From NCBI RefSeq assembly GCF_009914755.1, contig NC_060925.1: 64,000 nt of DNA. One strand, 5' to 3'. Below, piece after piece: positions 38,476 through 56,889 of this stretch. The stretch is from the human T2T-CHM13v2.0 reference genome, Homo sapiens. Every line of letters begins with the position of its first letter. The first letter of the stretch is position 1. The notes under the pieces are model-generated. The model saw nothing but the letters and a program-made list of their open reading frames with translations. It was not told the DNA's origin and made no database searches. The translations under genes were made by a program, and so were the position numbers.

Positions 38476-39881
38476 TAACGGACATAATTATTTTTATCAT
38501 CTTCATTTAAATTCTACAGGCTGAAAAATAACTTTGCTCTTGAGTTTTAAGAGGAAAAAATAAGTTGTTTTAGTTTAGATATTTTAAGAAACAGAAACCT
38601 AGACATAGTAGCTCCAGTACAGTGGGGGTTTATTGTAAAGATAGAGGAAATCCAGGAGAAGTTGAGCAAGTAGACTTCAGGAAGGACAGGCACCAAAGTT
38701 AACCTAGACACTCGTCTGTATTATTCTCTATCAATCTCTATGAATCAGATTTTCTCCCCTCTTTCCTGACCTACCTCTTTGTAGCTTTGTTTTTTTTACA
38801 GGGCCTAAAAGATCTCTAAGTATTTCTAGTGTGTGTGTAATTTAAGACTAAAATTCTTAATGTTGACTGCATTGAAAGTAGACATTTGATAAATGTAATA
38901 TTAAGTAAAATTCTGATGCATCTCAAGACAAGCTATATATTAGCTTGGCATAGGAATTTAATTAGAGTGGAGCATAGCATAGTTTTAATATAGGGCGTAA
39001 TCTTTAAAATTATAATTTGGTCCTCAGGGTTGAAGTGGTAGCTGGATCCAAATCATTTTCATAGTATACATTTGCAGGTGAGGTTATAAGTAAAAGCAGT
39101 GTGCAATTTTGACCCATATAAATAATTTTAATGATTATTGGCAAAAGTATATGAAATATTTGAATGCTTCCCATTGTCTAGAAACTGTATTGGGAAAGCA
39201 TCTTCTAAGTAATAAGTGTTGAAAGACCTCCATTGTAATTATTAGTAACAACATTCTTTCAATTTATAAATTATCTATATTGTACAAAAGAGAAGGAACT
39301 CATGCAGTATCAGTGGAAGTGGATTAAAAATGAGACCTTTCATTGAAGAGTAGTTATTTCCCTTTACCACCTTGTTTCATAAATATCCAATTTTAGCTGA
39401 TAAACTTTCAGACTTACTGTTTAAGTCTCAAATATTTGAGGACAGAATACTGGCAGGCTTTACTGGAGAGTATTTCTGGGCCACACACTGTACTAAAAGA
39501 TTTACATACCTTGTCACACTATTCTTACCTTCTCCAAACAGACTGCAGCCCTTCACACCCCTCATACAGTTGCCCAATTTAGAAATAGGTTTTTCAACTT
39601 TTTTCAATTCACATGGGCAGACGCTGTGATTATCCTTGTCCTTCATGTCCCTTAGTAAATAACAGATGGTCTTTGTCTCTTTTAAGAAATCCTCATTACC
39701 TACTCTCATTTTAAGACAGAAATAGTAATCAATTCCCAATATCATTTTGGGTCTTTCAGTCCAAGACTTGACTCTGTTGATCTCATATCCCAGGTCCTCC
39801 TATGGTCTGGCAAGACTTCTCCATGTTAAATTCCTTCACCTGATGCTCCTGGTATTCTTTTCCAGCTGCACTTTTCAGGCA

Positions 39882-40203
39882 CAGTTTTCCATTGGTATCC
39901 ACAGGGTTTAAAGTTCCCCTCATCCCCCACAGATACCAAAATCTGAGGATGCTCAAGTTCCCTGTATAAAATGGCATAATATTTGCATATAACCTAACAC
40001 ATCCTTCCATATGCTTTACATCATCTCTAGATAACTTATAATACATAATACATTGTAAATGGTATGTGAATAGTTGTTATTTGTTTTTAAGTTTACGTTA
40101 TTTTTATTGTTATTATTTTTATTTTAAAGATTTTTCCATCTGCAGTTTTCCATCTGTTGTTTGAATCCACATATGCAGAATCCACCGATAGGGAGGGCAA
40201 CTG
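39882..40203 (+). mobile_element. MER2 (TcMar-Tigger)
   Basis: cagtt...gataccaaaatctgaggatgctcaagt...tataaaatggcataatatttgcatataacc...gagggcaactg, with cagtt/aactg terminal inverted repeats. Confidence 0.88.
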
Positions 40204-40236
40204 AACTTAATTATCTGCATCCATTGTTTGGCATTT

Positions 40237-40418
40237 AGTAGTAGTAGTATTTTTAGAGACAGGGTCTTGTTGTGTTGCCGAGAGTAGAGTGCAGTGGCTA
40301 TTCACAGACATTATCATCATAGTGGCGCACTACAGCCTTGAAATCCTGGGCTCAGGTGAGCCTCCTACCTCAGTCTCCCAAGTAGCTGGGACTGCAGGTA
40401 TGCGCCACTGTACCCAGC
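40237..40418 (-). mobile_element. FAM (fossil Alu monomer, 7SL-derived)
   Basis: A monomer retaining the 7SL segment CTGTGAATAGCCACTGCACTC. Perfect 12-bp TSD tgtttggcattt. Confidence 0.82.
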
Positions 40419-41100
40419 TGTTTGGCATTTTTAACCAAAGAGTAGTTTAACCTTTTTCTTATTTATCCAGGGCTTCTTAACCATATCTAAACATACAATA
40501 TTTAGCTACCAGTACTAGAACTGTTGTTTGCATTTGTTAAAAAAGAGGCATAATAGGACCTTCTGGTCTCCTACTTTTTGGGTTGTCTCACCGGGACTTT
40601 CAGAGGCTCTTATTTTTTATTTTTTTCTTTCGATACCTTTGGTATGAAAGCTGTTATTTTTTAGAAGTCCACTTGACATTTTGCTTCTTGTCCTCATCCT
40701 AGTAGTATAGCCCATTTTGCTCTTCTTAGGAATATGCCAGAAAATTTTTCATAATTGAATAAAACAATTTCCTGCTGGTCCTCTGGCTCATTGACCTATT
40801 GGATTTCAGCTTGGACCACATCATGTCTGGTAATTATTTCTTAAGGCACTTAAAGCACCTGGTAGTTTGTTTACTTACTTACTTCGTGTAGTTGTTCTCC
40901 TAACATCCCAATGAAGTAGGTACACCCTACTTTGTAGACTCTAAAGATTCTTGGTTATGCTCATTGGCAGGCAAGAATCCATTTTATCCATAAGAATCCT
41001 TAATACAGAGAAGAATTAGTGCATTCTTAGTGTTTATCATCTCTGTTACCTTGCAAATATACATAAAAGATCCCTCGTTAATATTAACATATGAATTTTA

Positions 41101-41395
41101 GGCCAGGTGCAGTGGCTCAGGCCTGTAATTCCAGCATTTTGGGAGGCTGAGGTGGGATGATCATTTGAAATCAGGAGGCTGAGACCAGCCTGATCAACGT
41201 GGCGAGACCCTGTGTCTATCAAAAGTTAAAAAATTTAGGTAGGCATGCTGGGCACAACTGTACTCCCAGTTACTCAGGAGGCTGAGGCAGAGGATCGCTT
41301 GAGCCCAGGAGTTTGAGGCTACAGTGAGCTATGATAGCGCCACTGTACTCCAGCCTGGGCAACAGAACGAGATTCCTGTCTCAAAAACAAACAAA
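41101..41395 (+). mobile_element. Alu (AluJ-like)
   Basis: Dimer with gaggatcgcttgagcccaggagtttgaggct. Confidence 0.9.
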
Positions 41396-42800
41396 TGTAT
41401 GACTGTAAAAGAATGAAAGATAAATATCCAATAGTACTGATTAAACCTCTCGTTTAAGTGCCCTTTTTTGTTCCCGTTAAATAGAATCAAAGCACATTTT
41501 ATCTAATAATGTATAAGCTTTCAGCCTGAAAAACAGCTTAAAATAAGTGACTAAGGTTGAAGCTAATATGAGTCAACCTTAAAACATGCAAAATTTTTAC
41601 AAAAAACAGGTCACCTTTAGATGCCAGGTATTACTTTGCCTATTCACCAATCTAGATGTATTATCTAATTCTTGTCTTAGACCTTACATTTTTTTCCAAA
41701 ATCAGTATAGTTGCTTTCTGTTTGTCTGGTGGTGAACCGCATGATAACTTTACAAGTACTGCTGGTTCTATGAGAGTCTTTTTCTTACTATCAGAAGAGC
41801 ATGGTAACAGTCCAATACTAAAAGAAAAAGGAAGTACGTTAGTTGATTATACCAGTGAATCTTGAAGAACATATCAAGTAATTCTTTTCTCCAAACTTCA
41901 AACTGTTATAGTTCACACGGAACTAATCTTGGGTAGGGAGGCAGATGGGGTGGGCTTCCTCTGTCTGCTGCTTCCTGTCCCAGTTGCTCCTCAACAGTAA
42001 CACCTGAGTCTTCTTAGCCACCTTTCTCAGTACCTCAGGAAACCTCTGTGAAGCTTTCTTTCTCCTTACTTATTCCTCCAGACTCTGTTGTCTTCTTCTT
42101 TCATTCTTCTGTTGTCTTCTTATTTTATTCTTTTGCCCTGTGGTCTTCCTTCCTTTTAGGTTTTTGGTTTGAGTTTTGGTTATTCAATCTCACCTAATTT
42201 CACCTGGGAAAATTTTTGAGATCCAATCAGGTTGAAGAAGAAAGGGAAAGAAAACCACTTAGCACTAGTCCCTCAGGATCTACCGTATATAAGCCAAACA
42301 GACATTCTCCTCTGCCAGAATGCTCATCTGTTGGCATAACTTTGTTCCTAAGAATCTCTACCTCACTTCTCTGCTTAGAGTTGTATTATAAAAGACCCCC
42401 TTCTATTATCCTGGGTCAATAAGTGCACAAGCTCAAAAGGAAAAGAAGGGATGTGCTGTGCCCCAAGAAAGGATGATAGAGGAAGAAAAATCCTGTCCTG
42501 GCTCGTCTGATGTCTCAGTTGGATATTACCCAATTCTTAATGTTTAATAAGCCCATTTATTTTTGAGGCCCTTGGCATCATTTGTCATCGTGTACTATTT
42601 TAATGGCAATAAAACGTTCCTCCAGCTGTATCAGGCTGAGTGTAAGGATGGTGGAGACCCAAAGCAGTTTACATGAAACCCTCCATGGGAAGGAGAGGAG
42701 AGAAATTCAGGATGAAACTACAGCCACAGCCAGAATGGTGGACTGAAGTACCAGTGTTCCCTCAGATGGGGGAACTCCTTTATAGTGTGGTAGGTTTTCT

Positions 42801-43110
<310 letters not shown>

Positions 43111-44201
43111 TATAGTATGGTAGGTTTTCTGAGGCCTTCTTTATACCAGTATTAAAAATGAATTTTTAAAATTGTGCCAGAATTAAGATTTTTTATCTAT
43201 TTTTCTCCAAGAATTATTAGCCACTTTAAAAAATATCTTTAATAATTAAAGATAAAATTGGATTTTATTTGAAAAGTACTGATAAACCTGAATTACATGT
43301 TACGTAATATATTAACTGTCTTCCTATCTTCAACCTTCAAATCTATAATAGACTCGATATCAAATAGTACTTTGAACCCAGTAGAGTTTCACAACCTTTC
43401 AAGTGTAGAACCAATCAGTCAACAAGCATCTATTAAATCTCTCTAAGTTCAAGAAAAGATCCTTTAATTTAATCTAGCATTTGGATAAAACCCTTGAAAA
43501 AATTGGTTGTTGGTTACACTTTTTCTACTTTTCCTTAATGGGGCTACTTAAAGATTTATTTAGGTCAGATATGGCCAACTCAAATGCACAAAAATGAGTG
43601 AAATGTGCTAGGTATAAGACAAGATGGAGTATTGAGGACTGGGATGAACTGCAGAGTACATATTCACGTAAAGGAACTCAAATTCAATTTTTATAAAAAG
43701 CTGAGGCCAAATAGAGTGTATCATCAGTCCAAATTCAGCCAAAGGCTGCAGTTTGTGACCTCTGATTTAGATAGCAAGATGAAATATTATTTGGTTGGGA
43801 TTTTTGGAGGTGGTAGGAGTGACTCCAAATCATAATAAATTAATATATATGTACTTTAGAAGCCCATATTGCAAGACTTGTATTTATGATGGCTATAATA
43901 TATATTGATAAAAGAGTAAGTATAATTATGCCTAGAAGCATAAGACAGTATTTCTCAAAGTGTAGTTCATAGCAACTTTCACTAGAATAATTTGGGAGGG
44001 GTGGGAGAGGGACTATTTCAAAACTTACTACAAAGCTATAGTAATCAAAACTGCATGGTAATGGCATAGGTGTAAATCTATAGATTAACAGAATGGAAAT
44101 ACACTCACGTATTTGTGGGCATTTGATTTTCAACAAGGATGCCAAGACAATTTAGTAAGGAATGAATGGCCTTTTCAACAAATGTTGCTGAGGTAACTGG
44201 A

Positions 44202-44221
44202 GATAGCTAGCTAGCTAGATG

Positions 44222-44261
<40 letters not shown>

Positions 44262-44272
44262 CAGACAGATAG
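44202..44272. repeat. (TAGC)n(TAGA)n(CAGA)n tetranucleotide STR
   Basis: Read directly. Confidence 0.95.
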
Positions 44273-44583
44273 TTGTTTTTTTTTTTTTTGAGACAGGGTC
44301 TGGCTCTGTTGCCCAGGCTGGAGTGCAGTGGCACGATCTCAGCTCACTGCAACCTCTGCCTACCTCTGCCTCCAGAGCTCAAGCACTCCTCCCACCTCAG
44401 CTTCCTGAGTGGCTGGGACTACAGGTGCATGCCACTATGGGCCTGGCTAATTTTTTAATTTTTTGTAGAGACAGGGTTTTGCCATGTTGCCCAGGCTGGT
44501 CTCAAACTCCTGAGCTCAAGTAATCCGCCCACCTCAGCCTCCCAGAGTACTAGGATTACAGGCTTGAGCCACCGGTCCCGGCT
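44273..44583 (-). mobile_element. Alu (AluJ-like)
   Basis: Dimer. TSD ggtaactgga (44192-44201 and 44584-44593). Confidence 0.9.
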
Positions 44584-45902
44584 GGTAACTGGATATTGAC
44601 TTATAAAAGAATGAAGTTGCACCCCTACTTCACACCCCTCTCTCCATATAAAAGAATGAACTTGTACCCCTACCTCTATGGCAAATCCATAGAGATAGAA
44701 AGTAGATTAGTTTCCTAGAGTTGAAGAGAGGAGGGATTGACGAGTGAGTGCTTATAGGAAAAAGTTTTCTTTTGGAGATGATGCAATGTTCAGGAATTAG
44801 GTAGTGATGATGGTTGTACAGCCTTGCAAATATACTAAAAACCAACTGAACTGTACATTTTTGAAGAACAAATTTTATGGTGTTTGAATTACATCTCAAT
44901 GTAACAAAATAACTTGAAGCAGGAGAGATTGCTCATTAAAGATAAAAATTCTAGAGGTCATCTTAGACTCAAGCTTCTTTGAGAATATGGCTCTAGAAAT
45001 CTACAAGTTTAACAAATATACTCAGGTTTATTTCCTAATGACTAGGAAATACTGATTTAACAGTTGTGTATACTTGTACATTGAAATGTGTTTAGGCTAA
45101 AGGACATGTGCTTTTTGATCATTTTAATCATCAGCAGCAAAGAGTTATGTGGTATTACTTTCTGTCCCATATGAGAGTTATCAGATGATAAAGGTGTGAT
45201 GCTTTCTCTGGAGGAACAAGAAGACGGCCATACATAGAAGCATGAAATGGTGTACTTTTTCATTTCTTTGAATTTGTTACTTTGGCAAATTCTGGGAAGA
45301 AAGATAATAATTCAACGTAATGAATTCAGAGAAGCACAAAACTTAAGGGAAATATCCAGCAATATTTCTGTGGTTGCTTTGTTTTTAGTGTTTATTTTGG
45401 GGATGAAAACCTTGGTGTGTTGATTTTTCTCAAGGCTTTCTTGGTCATGTGTTACTGTGGGCCTTTCAACAAAGCCAAGTTGACAGAGAACAGATGCATA
45501 TTTTAATAACTAAACTTCCTCAGCAATAGTATCTGGATCAGATTGGTTTCACAGCAGTGTTGCAGCAGGATAAATTATAATTAAAAATAGGCAGGTATTT
45601 TATTTCATGAAGATTTAGGGGAAGAACAAGATGGAACTTTTTAGAGTTAGCAGTTACCAAATAGGGGAATGAAGGTAGATCTGCAATTTCCCAGTACAAA
45701 GTATTTGGGGGCTTATTCAGAGTTTTACTTGCACTGAGTTGATAAATGGTATATGATCATCAGTAGTATCCTATAAATATTAAACTGTAAGTCTCTTTTG
45801 AAAATCTAAAATTACTCCTTTTTCTAAATTATCAAAGGTTTTAAAACATCAAATTCACAAATACCTTTTTTATTTAAAGAGAAAGTAGGATTTGATACTC
45901 AA

Positions 45903-46241
<339 letters not shown>

Positions 46242-46360
46242 TAATCCTGTTTCTTTAACGATAAAAATAGATGATGAAGCTTAAAAGATTCTACACTTAC
46301 ACGAATGGTATATTATATTGTTTTGTTATATGTAAGATGTACGAAAAGTACTTTGTTTAA

Positions 46361-46718
<358 letters not shown>

Positions 46719-47022
46719 TTTATCTCAAGCTTCTACCAGTAGTGATAAATGGCTAGCAAGAATCTTCTATGCCTTAGCCTGAAGGAGATGGGTTCCATTA
46801 CCAATCTTCTTTCTTCCAAAATATAGAACTTCAGGTATTTGCCCGAGGCTGCACCCTCAGCCAATATTTTGGCTCTATTTTGGCCTCAGCCAATATGTTG
46901 TGCTCTATATTAGGCAAGTCACAGTACATGATGGAGACACAGAACTGATGAACATTTTCAAAAGGAGGCATGCTGGAGTGATTCAATACAAATAAGATAG
47001 ACAGACTCTTGCATTATGTTGA

Positions 47023-47352
<330 letters not shown>

Positions 47353-48554
47353 TAAGTCAAAATTTTTTGAATATTGGCAGTTTCCTGTGGTGCATCCTAA
47401 TATTATACTGAGAGTAGTGATATGTTGGAGATAAGGTCGTAAGAACAGGTAATACCTAATCTAAACTGGGAGAATAACTACTGTTCAATCCCACTATTGG
47501 GCCATAGTAGTCACTGTTTATATAATAAATGAGTGAAGTCTTCTGTGATGTCTTTTCGACACATGTATTCAGTGTGTATTATGTATCTAGTAGTCTCCCA
47601 ATCTCAAAGCTTCTTTGAAGTTGCATATCATATATTTAAAATACATGTAAAATTTGCAGTTTGCTGCACAATAGAGCCATAGTTGTCTTAGTACAAATAT
47701 TTTTTTCACATGTTTAAGTAAAACTTGTCCAAAGAGATATAGCATATTTGCCTTGTTTTTCCCTTTTCTTACACACAGCTCTTTGTACCTCAGGGGTTTG
47801 TCATACCATAATTTGGGATGCATTGTTATATAAATAGGAGGCCACTGAAAGTTTAAATCAAGGTAATGCCATGGTGAAATTGATGTTTGAGAAAAGTAAT
47901 TCTGAGAGAGTCAAAATAGTTGTGTTGTGATAGCAACTGGCATATGTGCATTAAAAATTGAACATTAAGAATAAATGCTGACATTGTGGATTATTTGTTG
48001 CTTTCATAAGTTTGTCCTCTAGCACTTGTGCTTTTTATCTTTTGTATTAAGTATGCATTTTAAGAGTAAATGGTATACCACCAAATTGTCTAACAGTGCT
48101 ACATTTTTGTGGAATCTTGGGGGAGGGATCATATATAGTTAAAATTTTATATTAGATTTTCTTTTATAGCCATTTACATGATGTGGCTTTTTATATTTGG
48201 AGGACAAAAGAATTCATAGAATACATTAATGTGTTACATGATGTCAGCAGATAACTAGATTTCTAAAGGTTAAGTTATTAAAGGCTTATATGGAAATCTA
48301 AAAAGACTCATGAGTAATTACTTTTAAAGGCATTGAAAGGAGTGAAAAAGTGGGTGACTATCTAATTCCAGACATGAATATGAGACAGACTAGTACTTAT
48401 AGCAGTTTGGAGGATGCCAGAGAAGCCAAAAAGGGAGCAGCATATGCTTCCAAATTGTTTTGAAGTGAGGCTTTGTCTTTTCTCTAGAAAAATAGATAAT
48501 ATCTCATCAACTTAACATCTAGAGGACCAGAGATATTCACTGAAAGGAATGCTT

Positions 48555-49210
48555 TTTATTCATTCAATTATTCATTCATTTATTAAATATTGAACACTTT
48601 AATGTGCTGACACTGAAATAGTCCTAACATAACATATGGTTAATAGAACAGACGTTGTCTTTGCATCTATAGTGCTAATACACTAATGGGCAGATAATAA
48701 ATACAAAAAATATATATGACTATATATTATAATAAATGTTATGAAGGGAAACTACAAGTTACTTCAAGATTTGGTAACAAGGAAATCTATTTTAGATTAG
48801 GGTTTCAAGAATGGTCTCTCTGAGTAAGTGACATTTAAAGCTGAGATCTAAGAGACGAGTAGGAGAAATCACGGTGATGAGTAGGGGAAGTGCATGCTTG
48901 AGGCTCTTGGGTGGCAGGTTCTAAAAGAAAGCCAGACTTTCTAGAACACAAGAGCAGTTGGCCAAGAGGTAGGTAGGACCCAAATTATACCAGAGCTTGG
49001 TGGCCATATTGAGGAGGACATGGGATTTCATTCTAACTGCAGGAAAAAGCCATTGAAGATCTTTAAGCATGGAATTGGATGGAGTGACTTAAGTGTTTCA
49101 GAGATGACTATGGCTGTTGTGAATGCATTGAAGGGGATAAGGAGACCAGGGAAACCAGTTAGGAGCTACTGCTCGGGTAAGAGTTGATGGTGGTTAGTTG
49201 AATGTATCAG
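48555..49210 (-). mobile_element. L2 3' region
   Basis: (attc)n tail, tctctctgagtaagtgacatttaaagctgaga and ggaaaaagccattgaag. Confidence 0.75.
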
Positions 49211-49800
49211 CAATGAACTTGCAATTGAAGGTCAAAGCTAACTTTAAATTAAACTCTTAAGAATATTATTGGTGGTGTGTCTCCCAAGAAAAATACCTGT
49301 CTAAGAAAATAGGAAACATCATCCCCAAAAGACTAAATACGTAGTGTGAAGGTTGAGAAAGAGGAATATATTGCAGGGAAACTTTTGGTGAGGTTTATTT
49401 GTTGTTGTTGTTTACTTCCAAAATATGGTTTCCATTTTTCTCCCCCATAAGTTTTCTATTTGGGAAAAGAGATTTAGTGGAATTATAAACTGAAAGAATT
49501 CATGTATAACTTTTGCCTCACTTTACTTTTTATTTTCATTTTTAATCTTTCATTTTTTTCCTTCTATAACTTTCTTGTCTTTGAAAAAAAGAGTGCAGGT
49601 GCCTTATGTGTCCAAGAATGAAATAGCCTCTGAAGTACTATCTGTTTGCTTGCTAGCTTGCTGGCTTGCTGGGTCAAAGAAAAGGAAGGGCTCGTTTATA
49701 CTGTAACAGTGTTTTTATTTAGCATGCCTCTGAGGTTTTTATTGTGTTCTGGGACAGTGTTTATGACATTGGAAGTTAAAGAAAAGAATTGCAATGAGTT

Positions 49801-49986
49801 GGGGGGATGGGGGAGGGATAGCACTGGGAGATATACCTAATGCTAAATGACGAGTTAATGGGTGCAGCACACCAACATGGCACATGTATACATATGTAAC
49901 AAACCTGCACATTGTGCGCATGTACCCTGAAACTTAAAGTATAATAATAATAAAATTAAAAATAAATATATTTAAAACAAACAAAC
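49801..49986 (+). mobile_element. Very short 5'-truncated L1PA (L1PA4/5-like) 3' end
   Basis: gggggagggatagca...atgacgagttaatgggtgcagcacaccaacatgg...aaagtataataa. 19-bp TSD aaaagaattgca(a/g)tgagtt. Confidence 0.92.
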
Positions 49987-50262
49987 AAAAGAATTGCAGT
50001 GAGTTTGAGTGACACAAAAATAAAATTCCCATGATAATTCAATACCATGAATTATCTTTATTGAGTGAAATAAATTCTGAGGGTATAGTAATTATTTTAT
50101 GGTCCTTTTGTATTAGATTTGTGTTTGCTTAATAATTTAGCACTTTGAATTTTCTCTTTGAATTTTTATTCTTCCAGAAATCTTTGCGGGGTTGGAGTTT
50201 TCATATTGTGACTTTTGGGCTAACATCTCTCTAGCTCTTCTTATTAGTTAATTTTCAGCAGA

Positions 50263-50378
50263 TTTTTTTTTTCTATATTGCCCAGTCCAGTCTCAAAGTC
50301 CTGGGTTTATGCAATCCTCTCTCCACAGCCTCCCAAGTGACTCACTGGGATTACAGGTGTATGCCACCATGCCCAGCC
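50263..50378 (-). mobile_element. FLAM-like Alu monomer
   Basis: tattgcccag...tcctggg...gcaatcctc...gggattacaggtgtatgccaccatgcccagc. Confidence 0.75.
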
Positions 50379-50999
50379 TTGGAAGACTTTTTATAAATTA
50401 GGGTACATCTTTTTTTTTTATTTTTCACATAATTTTGTTTTTGTTATCAGCAAGGTTGAATCAAAAGTAACTTCCTTTCCTGGTGGTCTAATTGCTAGGA
50501 TAAAGAGAGGGAAAAAAATAACTTCATCATTACTGAATTATCAAAATGAGGTCTTTTAATTTATCTATTACTATTATAAGGCTAGTTAGAAAATTTAAGT
50601 CATTTTCTAAGAGATAGAAATTTTGTTAGCTTGATTTTTCTGACTTTTTGTCATTCCTTCTCTTATGTATGGTGCCATCTGCTGTTTGTGGGAAGTATTT
50701 TATATTTTGAAGCACTACACATAATAGAAATACAGTGTCTAAAAGAAAAATGCCAAAATACATGAAATGAAAAAAGCAGTAGTGTGGCCCGTTTGAAACT
50801 TTGTGGCCTGTGGCTTGTTTCTTTTTATGTAAAAATTATTTTTATATCTGATTATTTTTAGTACTTACATGAATCACAAGATTTTGGTACTCATCGTGTT
50901 CTGTCTTAATTTTGTTTTTGCTCAGAATAGAAGTAATCGGTAAACATTTGTTAGTTGACTCATTTGGTTTGTTTTTTGTGACTCCTCAGGCACCTTTCT

Positions 51000-51160
51000 T
51001 GTAAGCTTCTGCTTACAGTCTATGCAACCTTAGGCAAATAATTTCAGCCCTTAGCACCTCTGTTTCCTTCTCCATAAGAAGAAGATAATAATATCAATTT
51101 CTTAAGGTTGTTCTGAGGATTAAATGAGATAACACTTGTCATATGCATAGCACAATCCTT
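51000..51160 (+). mobile_element. MIR
   Basis: accttaggcaaat...cctctgtttccttc...ggttgttctgaggattaaatgagataa. Confidence 0.75.
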
Positions 51161-51509
51161 TCCTTTCGCTAAAATGTTGTTTCCAGGTTCAGTGAGTTTC
51201 CCTTTTACCTTATTTCAAAGACACCTTTGTTAAGAATCAGATTTCATTGCTATAGGATCATAAACTCTTTGAGCCAGAAGGAACTTCAGTAAGTGGGCCT
51301 CAAAATGTTAGCATGCATTTGAATCATATGGTGATCCTATTTAAATGCTGATTCGGATTTTATTGGTGGTTATAGGATATGGAACCTCATAGTCTGCACA
51401 TCTAACTTTTACTTAAGCATTGCTGATACTGCCCCCACAGAATGCCTTTTCTGTAGCAAAGCTTTGGAAAACAACAAACAGAAAAACAACTAGTAAAGAT
51501 GGAGATGGA

Positions 51510-51820
51510 TGGGAAGAGGATGACTGAAAGGTATAAAATTACAATTAGAAAGAAAGAACAAGTTCTGGTATTCTATTGCATGGTAGGGTGACTATAGTCA
51601 ACAATAAGTTATTGTATATCTTAAAATGACAAGAATAAAAGGTTCTGTGTCTTCACACCACAAAAAAATGACAAATGTTTCAGGTGATGGATATGCTGAT
51701 TAGCCTGATTTTAACATTACACAATGTATATGTTTTGAAACATCACATTGTAAGCAATAATATGCACAATTATTATGTGTTACTTAAAATAAATTTTTTT
51801 AAAAAACAAAAGAAAAATAA
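51510..51820 (+). mobile_element. L1M (L1MA-type) 3' UTR end
   Basis: aagttctggtattctattgcatggtagggtgactatagt...aaacatcacattgta. Confidence 0.78.
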
Positions 51821-52230
51821 TCCACCAAAATCTGATTTTCTTTTTTGGGTAATCTCATGTGCCAGTCATCAGAACTGTATTTCTTTGTAGAAGAGGAAAG
51901 GAATCCAGAGTCTGTCTCCAGAAGACATTCCAGACTAATTTCTTATTCTTTACTCTCAGCACTAAATTTTATTAGTCAGCAGTTACATTTTGTCATTTCT
52001 ACCAATGTTATACAGCAGTAACATTGCTGAGAGAAATTATTAAAGAGAATTATATTCAAAACCCAGTTATTTATTGTCCAAGCATTATGACCTACAAATA
52101 TTTAATTGGTATCCATTTAAAATTCAACTACAACTTTTATTTCTATTTGTAACTTGTTGCCTTGTTCTTTACTCTTTAAATTGCTTTAAATTTTTACAGC
52201 ATTAAAAAATGAAAAGCTAAACAAATTAGC

Positions 52231-54454
<2,224 letters not shown>

Positions 54455-54832
54455 AAACAAATTAGCCCCAATAACTCTCTGTAAATTCTAGAGTAATTAC
54501 TTGACTCCAATAAGACCTTTTTTTGGTGAGTTGGATATACAATGCTATTCTCTTGATGTTTGGATTTTCCCCGAAACTGGTTAATTATGTTTAAAACTGA
54601 ATACCCTTAAGTCCAGTGCCCCAGTGTGGGTTCAACAGGATAAAGTGTCTATCCACAGTATTCTCTGAGAAGGAATCCTTTAGTTTTAGCCAGAGAGTCA
54701 TAGAGTTGTTCACACCTGAGGAATCATCCAGCTTAGTTACACAAGTTCAAGGTCCTAAAGGAAATTAAAAGAGGCATAAAATGACTTCTCAGAAATGTAT
54801 AGATTGACTAAAAAGTAAAAATTGTGGCCTAG

Positions 54833-55246
<414 letters not shown>

Positions 55247-55888
55247 TGATTTTATCTGGTGTAGCCCAGTGCATTCACAAGCATTGCTGTAAGACTACAC
55301 AAATGTCATGAAAGCTACTAGGATTTGTATGGACAGGTTGCACTATCATCCTGTCTGGATACTTGTCATGTTTAAGATTTCTAGAAAAGGAACTTACCCA
55401 GTGTACTTTGATAACTTTTTCTTGATTTTTAATTCTTTTGCTTTTACATCTGTGAAAAATAGATCATTATAATACTTTTGAGGTATTTTTTTTCTAGTGG
55501 ATAATCTGAATGCAAAATCAACCAACAAAAGAAACAAACAAAAAAACCCTGTTATACCCTGGAACTCCAACTTGAGAATTTTCTTTTCCTTGCCATTCCT
55601 GGCTTCCATCTTCACAGTCATTCGTAGACTCACCCTCTCTTTAACTTTGCAAGATCTCTGGCAATTATTCCAGTCCTAAAAGGCTAGATTCTATAGGCAT
55701 ATTCTGTAAATGCTTCTTGGTTTTCAGACTGTGTCATGGTAATGCTGTTGCCTTCCTTGCTACATCTTCTGAGAACTAGAACTTAAGGACTTCCATGTCT
55801 CTGTACACTTATTCAATCTGTTCTTATTTTAAAATCAGAAAAAACAAGGGACTATGTTTCTACTATATTCAAATCATAAAGAATTATG

Positions 55889-56294
<406 letters not shown>

Positions 56295-56889
56295 TCAAGC
56301 TTAAAGCCGGAGCAGATAGTTTAGCTTAGCATTAGGGCTTAAAGTTAATACTCTAAGTAGATTAGGTAATTCTTTAATAGTAGACTGTGGTATTTGGACC
56401 TATGCTACAGAATTCTGTCTAGTTTTATTTTTTAGATGATTTATAAGAGTCTTGAAGATAGTTTATAGGTGAACAAACGAATTTAAAATTAGTACGCATG
56501 AGAACACATCAAAGGAATTAAGAATATTTCCTTAAAAAGGATACCTTCAAAGGCATCTTCAGTAACATGAAAAATTCAACCAAGTGTTCTCTACTCTATT
56601 TTTTTTTAGGATAGTACAAAGGAAGTAAAGGCATAATATAGTAAAAAGAACAGCAGCAGTTAGGTGTGAGGCAAATCCACACAATGAAGCTGGTGAACAC
56701 TAGAACAGGAGGGATATTTGCCTTCCTGGTTATTTTCCTCAAATTCTCTGCTTATTATCAATATCTGTTTACTGTGGTTGGGATTTAGCATCCAAAGGCA
56801 CGAATGGATGCACTTCCCAAGACTCTGTCCTGTTTAGTGATATTTCATGGTCTATTTAATAAACTGTTTGGGGGACTTTAACATGATAA

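Larger units (their letters stand above)
44010..44905 (+). mobile_element. L1M fragments (ORF2 piece joined to 3' end), interrupted by an Alu and a GATA repeat, flanked by MER5-like halves
   Basis: aaacttactacaaagctatagtaatcaaaac, gattttcaacaaggatgccaagac and gaattacatctcaat. Confidence 0.75.
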
